A DNA stretch of 64,000 bases from Amoebophrya sp. A120 (Eukaryota > Protista > Dinoflagellata): positions 9,879,865 through 9,943,864 of the forward strand of contig CAJINV010000001.1 of NCBI GenBank assembly GCA_905178155.1, written 5' to 3'. Shown one piece after another: positions 60,288-64,000 of this stretch. The notes below the pieces were generated by a model. It was given only the letters and a program-made list of their open reading frames with translations. It ran no database searches and had not been told where the DNA came from. Both the position numbers and the translations under genes were made by a program. Within the stretch, counting starts at the first letter, position 1, and each line of letters begins with the position of its first letter.

Positions 60288-63018
60288 CTATGGCCCGGAC
60301 CCTGCCGCTGCCGGCAGCTGCGGGCTCGAGCGAAATTGCGATCCTGCGGCATGCTTCTGACTGCGCACGAAGAGCAAGAAGGCGGTAAGCAACACGCCGA
60401 AGCTTCCGGGGATCACAACAGCGAGCCAGTTGTCCCCGAACCAGCTCGGCACGCTGCTGCGGGGTAGTGCTATTCTGCCCTGCGTAAAGTCGTAGGTAAC
60501 CGCATACTTCTGGTGAAATTGCGCGCCAAGTGTCCAGTACGGCGCACCCGGGTCCGCGGACACGCGCAGGTGGCATTGCTTATGGTCTTTATCCGGGTCT
60601 GTATACTCCGCTCCGGTCAGGCTGTACTGCTCGTGAAGAATGTCCTGTAGTAATGGAGTTTGAATTCGTTGTACCTACTTGCATCTTCATCCCTGTTCGA
60701 AAAAAAAAGCAAAATTAGGTAAAAAGACGAGACAGTAGTAAGTTCTCACGGGCAAATTTTTCAGCAAAAAATCTTCAATACGAAAGTCAGGGTTGGCAGC
60801 TCCGGAACCGACGCGCAGGGCACCCAAAGCGGATTCGTTACGCCCGGCAGTGCGGTGATGCTTTCCATGAGAGACGTGTAGGCGTCGCTTGGAGCCAGGA
60901 TCGCACTCGGTGCTCCGAAGTCTAGGGACACTGTGGTGCGAAAAATTCAACGATTGAAGCGACGCAAAAATTATTCGAAGCCCTACTTACCCGAGGCGCG
61001 GAACTACTTAAGCGGAGGCGCCATTTAAGCTAGGGGCCATTTGCGCAAGGCGCTCCCTAAGCGAAGCGCTACTTAGACATATGCCAGACTCGAAGCGGAA
61101 GCACTACTTAGGCGAAGCACTACATAAGCGGAGGCGACACCTAAACGAAGCACTAAAGCCCGGAGGCACTACTTAAGTGAGGCACTACTCAAGCGGAGTC
61201 ACCAACTACGGCGACGCACTTACTTACGCGAGGAGGCACTACTTAAGCGGCGCACTACTTAGGCTGAGGCGAAGCGCTTATAGCAAGGAAGTACGACTTA
61301 AGCAAGGAAGCACCCCTTAAGCAAGGAGGCGCTACTTGAGCGAGGCACTACTTAAGCGAGGCACTACTTAAGCGCGGCACTACTTAAGCGAGGCACTACT
61401 TACGCGAGGCACTACTTGAGCGAGGCACTACTTAAGCGAGGCACTACTTAAGCGAGGCACTGCTTTAGCAGCGCACTAGATAAGTAGCGCACTGCTTAAG
61501 CGACGCACTACTTAAGCGACGCACTACTTAAGCGACGCACTACCTAAGCGAAGCACTACTTAAGCGAAGCACTATAAGCGAAGCACTTAAGCGAAGCACT
61601 TAAGCGAAGCACTTAAGCGAAGCACTTAAGCGAAGCACTTAAGCGAAACGCTTAAGCGAAACGTTTAAGCGAAACGCTTAAGCGAAACGCTTGAGCGAAG
61701 CTCCCAGATTCGCACCCAGATCATCGTTGCGGACACTGCAAACCACTATAGCAACAAGCAAACAATTTACCGATGACTGCATCCGTTTTCTTGCTAGTAG
61801 TCCTGTTGGCGACTGTCAGCGAGTTCGCGAGAACAAACCACTGAGAATAGCGCTCCACCTCTAACGTCGGCAGCCAGTTTGCCCCAAAGTTTGCATCGTA
61901 GCGACTGGCGTCGGGCTTCGAAGTGGTCAGCACCAGCTCCGGCGCAGCGCTGTTCTGGTAGTCCACATAGAAGTAGCCCTCGGTGACAGCTCCTGTTTTT
62001 GTTTCAGTCTGTCTTCAGTGCTTAGTCATGTTTTCAACGTAAACCTAATTACAAAGCAATATGCTCTTTACTCGCACGCCATACAACTTGCAGCGCAGGT
62101 TCAGAAAACTTCTAGAAACATGAACATCGAACAGAAAGTACCATCTTACCGCTCATTCCCGACCTGTCTGGCAGCAGCAGGTTCAGCAGAAAGGAGTCTT
62201 TCGCTAGCGGTAGACTCAACTTCCCTAATCCCAAATACCCCGTGATCCCGGAGGGAAGTAGATTCTGGGGCAGCTCGTACGCGGACAGAACCGGCTGCTT
62301 GTTGACAAACACACTGCTGCTTACTGCCACCTTCGTCTCGACCGCGTAGCCGGAAACGACCCCGAGTCGCCCCACCGTGACGCTCTTTACTTTTTTCTTG
62401 GCCGTATCCTCACCTGAATCAAATTTCGTGACGGAACTCGGGCAGTCCCCGCAACTGGCATCGGGAACGAAGAGCGCGGGTGACCTCGTGTCAATGTACA
62501 CAGGGAACTTCTGCTCCGCACCGCCGTTGAGGGGCGAAACGAGAAGGGTCGTGGAAACCGCGGTGGACTGTTTTGGCCTCGTTCTCTGATGTGTTCTTCG
62601 TCCTGCGGCTAGTGCTCCATTATCGCGCATGACACCGCCTGCTCCGAACAAGTCTTGTATTCTTACATCCTCCTTGTTGGTACCGCCAGAGTTGTGAAGA
62701 TCTGCGGGAGAATCCTTCAACGACGCGTCTGCAACTTTCGTAGGGGAGGCTGAGGAGTCTGTTTTACCAGGTTCCTCTTCGTTCTGGTGCCGTTGTAAAA
62801 TTGGCGAAAAAGCGTTCCTGTCCTCGGCACGCTTTATTCTTTCAAAGTTATGTTTCCGCAACCGTAGTCGGACCTCTTTTTCCCCCGGCGCAGCGGCCGA
62901 CTTCGGCTTCCGTCGCGTGTACTGGTAGGTGAGTATCAGGCACACCCATATGGCACAGATGGCGTACCAGCGACACAGAAACCCACGCCGCTGCACGCGG
63001 CGAGGTGGTGCGGGCGGC
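60288..63018 (-). CDS. Pepsin-fold protein with degenerate catalytic motifs and N- and C-terminal TM segments; 5' end lost in an assembly gap
   Basis: VYIDTRSPALFVPDASC, GYLGLG, spliced AVIDFGAPSAI, VPCASVPELPTLTF, YWTLGAQFHQKYAVTYDFTQGRI. Confidence 0.75.
60975..61701. repeat. Intronic minisatellite, units CGAGGCACTACTTAAG (16 bp) then CGAAGCACTTAAG / CGAAACGCTTAAG (13 bp)
   Basis: Directly visible tandem array within intron 60922-61770. Confidence 0.95.
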
Positions 63019-63216
63019 NNNNNNNNNNNNNNNNNNNNNNNNNNNNNNNNNNNNNNNNNNNNNNNNNNNNNNNNNNNNNNNNNNNNNNNNNNNNNNNNNN
63101 NNNNNNNNNNNNNNNNNNNNNNNNNNNNNNNNNNNNNNNNNNNNNNNNNNNNNNNNNNNNNNNNNNNNNNNNNNNNNNNNNNNNNNNNNNNNNNNNNNNN
63201 NNNNNNNNNNNNNNNN
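63019..63216. other. Assembly gap (N run)
   Basis: 198 N. Confidence 0.99.

Positions 63217-63268
<52 letters not shown>
63217..63268. repeat. (AG)n microsatellite abutting the gap
   Basis: Perfect AG dinucleotide run. Confidence 0.98.
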
Positions 63269-63274
<6 letters not shown>

Positions 63275-64000
63275 TACACGTCACCCAGTAAACAACATAG
63301 CAAAGACGTTCAGGCTCGGGGTCTTGAATCACCCGGGTAGTTGGCTTAGACGCCAATACTATTCGCAAATCCGACAGCCTTTTTGTACCTCTCTAACAGC
63401 AGGCGCCCTATTTCTTCCAAGAGACTCAGACCGCCCACCGGCGCACAAGCCGAGAACACCTTTAGTGTACTCGACGAAAATAAATGAGCAGCGTGCTGAA
63501 GATTTTTCGCGTCTTTATTGATATCTCTTGGAAACGTTGAAACTGACTTGCTCCTTTTCTTCACTATCTACACATGTCTAAGGTTTCACTTCCTATCTTG
63601 TCACCATACTGGTCAAAGCCAGCACCTACTTCTGTGTGCTTTTCTTTTCACTGAAACTTTCTTGGTTCACTATCACTTGGTCTGTTGAGCTATTATTGAG
63701 AGCGTCGTAACGCAGTTACGAACAAGTATTCGTAGGTATGAAAAACGAAGCCCGACCACGCGCTCGGGTTTTGCACCCGCGCACCTGCTAAAAGAATACT
63801 GAAAAACAACCATGATGCACTGTTGTGTTGCTATACTCTTCTAAAGGATCTCCAATGGAGAGGAAGAAAACTTTTCAGAACAACTTCACTTCCGCCAGAG
63901 ACAACGCGCAGGCCTGTGAGATGAAGACCAAGTAAAGCCCCAGCATCAAGTACCCCGTGTTGCGAAACAAAACCCACTCGGCCTTGACTACTAATCCAAC

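Noticed and set aside
60750-60790. Apparent frameshift in the pepsin-like gene
   Set aside because: Resolved by a canonical intron TTC|GTATTG...TACAG|GAC giving LPTLTFDILHEQYSL
60975-61701. CRISPR array
   Set aside because: Units abut with no unique spacers; eukaryotic intron; no cas genes
62848-63368. ORFs containing poly-SL/RE and X runs
   Set aside because: Artefacts of translating through the N gap and the (AG)n repeat

Overview
Eukaryotic, intron-containing, gene-dense genomic DNA. All ~17 protein-coding genes I can recognise lie on the minus strand. This layout, plus introns bounded by terminal inverted repeats (TIRs), suggests a dinoflagellate-lineage alveolate such as Amoebophrya (Syndiniales); that is an inference, not an identification. 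Genes include an ankyrin protein, TAP42/alpha4, an Rtf1-like protein, an FKBP-TPR cochaperone, RPS11, a fused sterol C4-methyl oxidase/3beta-HSD, a cold-shock-domain/PP2C-like protein, B9D2, U2AF65, a giant PAN/apple protein, two pepsin-family proteins, a GNAT-like protein and a Cys-less pentameric ligand-gated channel. Most introns I could resolve are canonical GT-AG. Highlights: (1) three 261-279 bp elements with TATC/TATT...GATA/AATA TIRs and 5-bp target-site duplications (TSDs) sit inside coding exons, and removing each as a non-canonical intron restores the reading frame (introner elements); (2) a ~550 nt intergenic region folds by eye into a multi-domain, GNRA-tetraloop-rich RNA on the otherwise unused plus strand; (3) an intact, minimal RTE-type LINE has a perfect 16-bp TSD; (4) GATC clusters recur upstream of genes; (5) an intronic minisatellite changes unit length along the array. 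All gene models, alignments and folds were done by eye.
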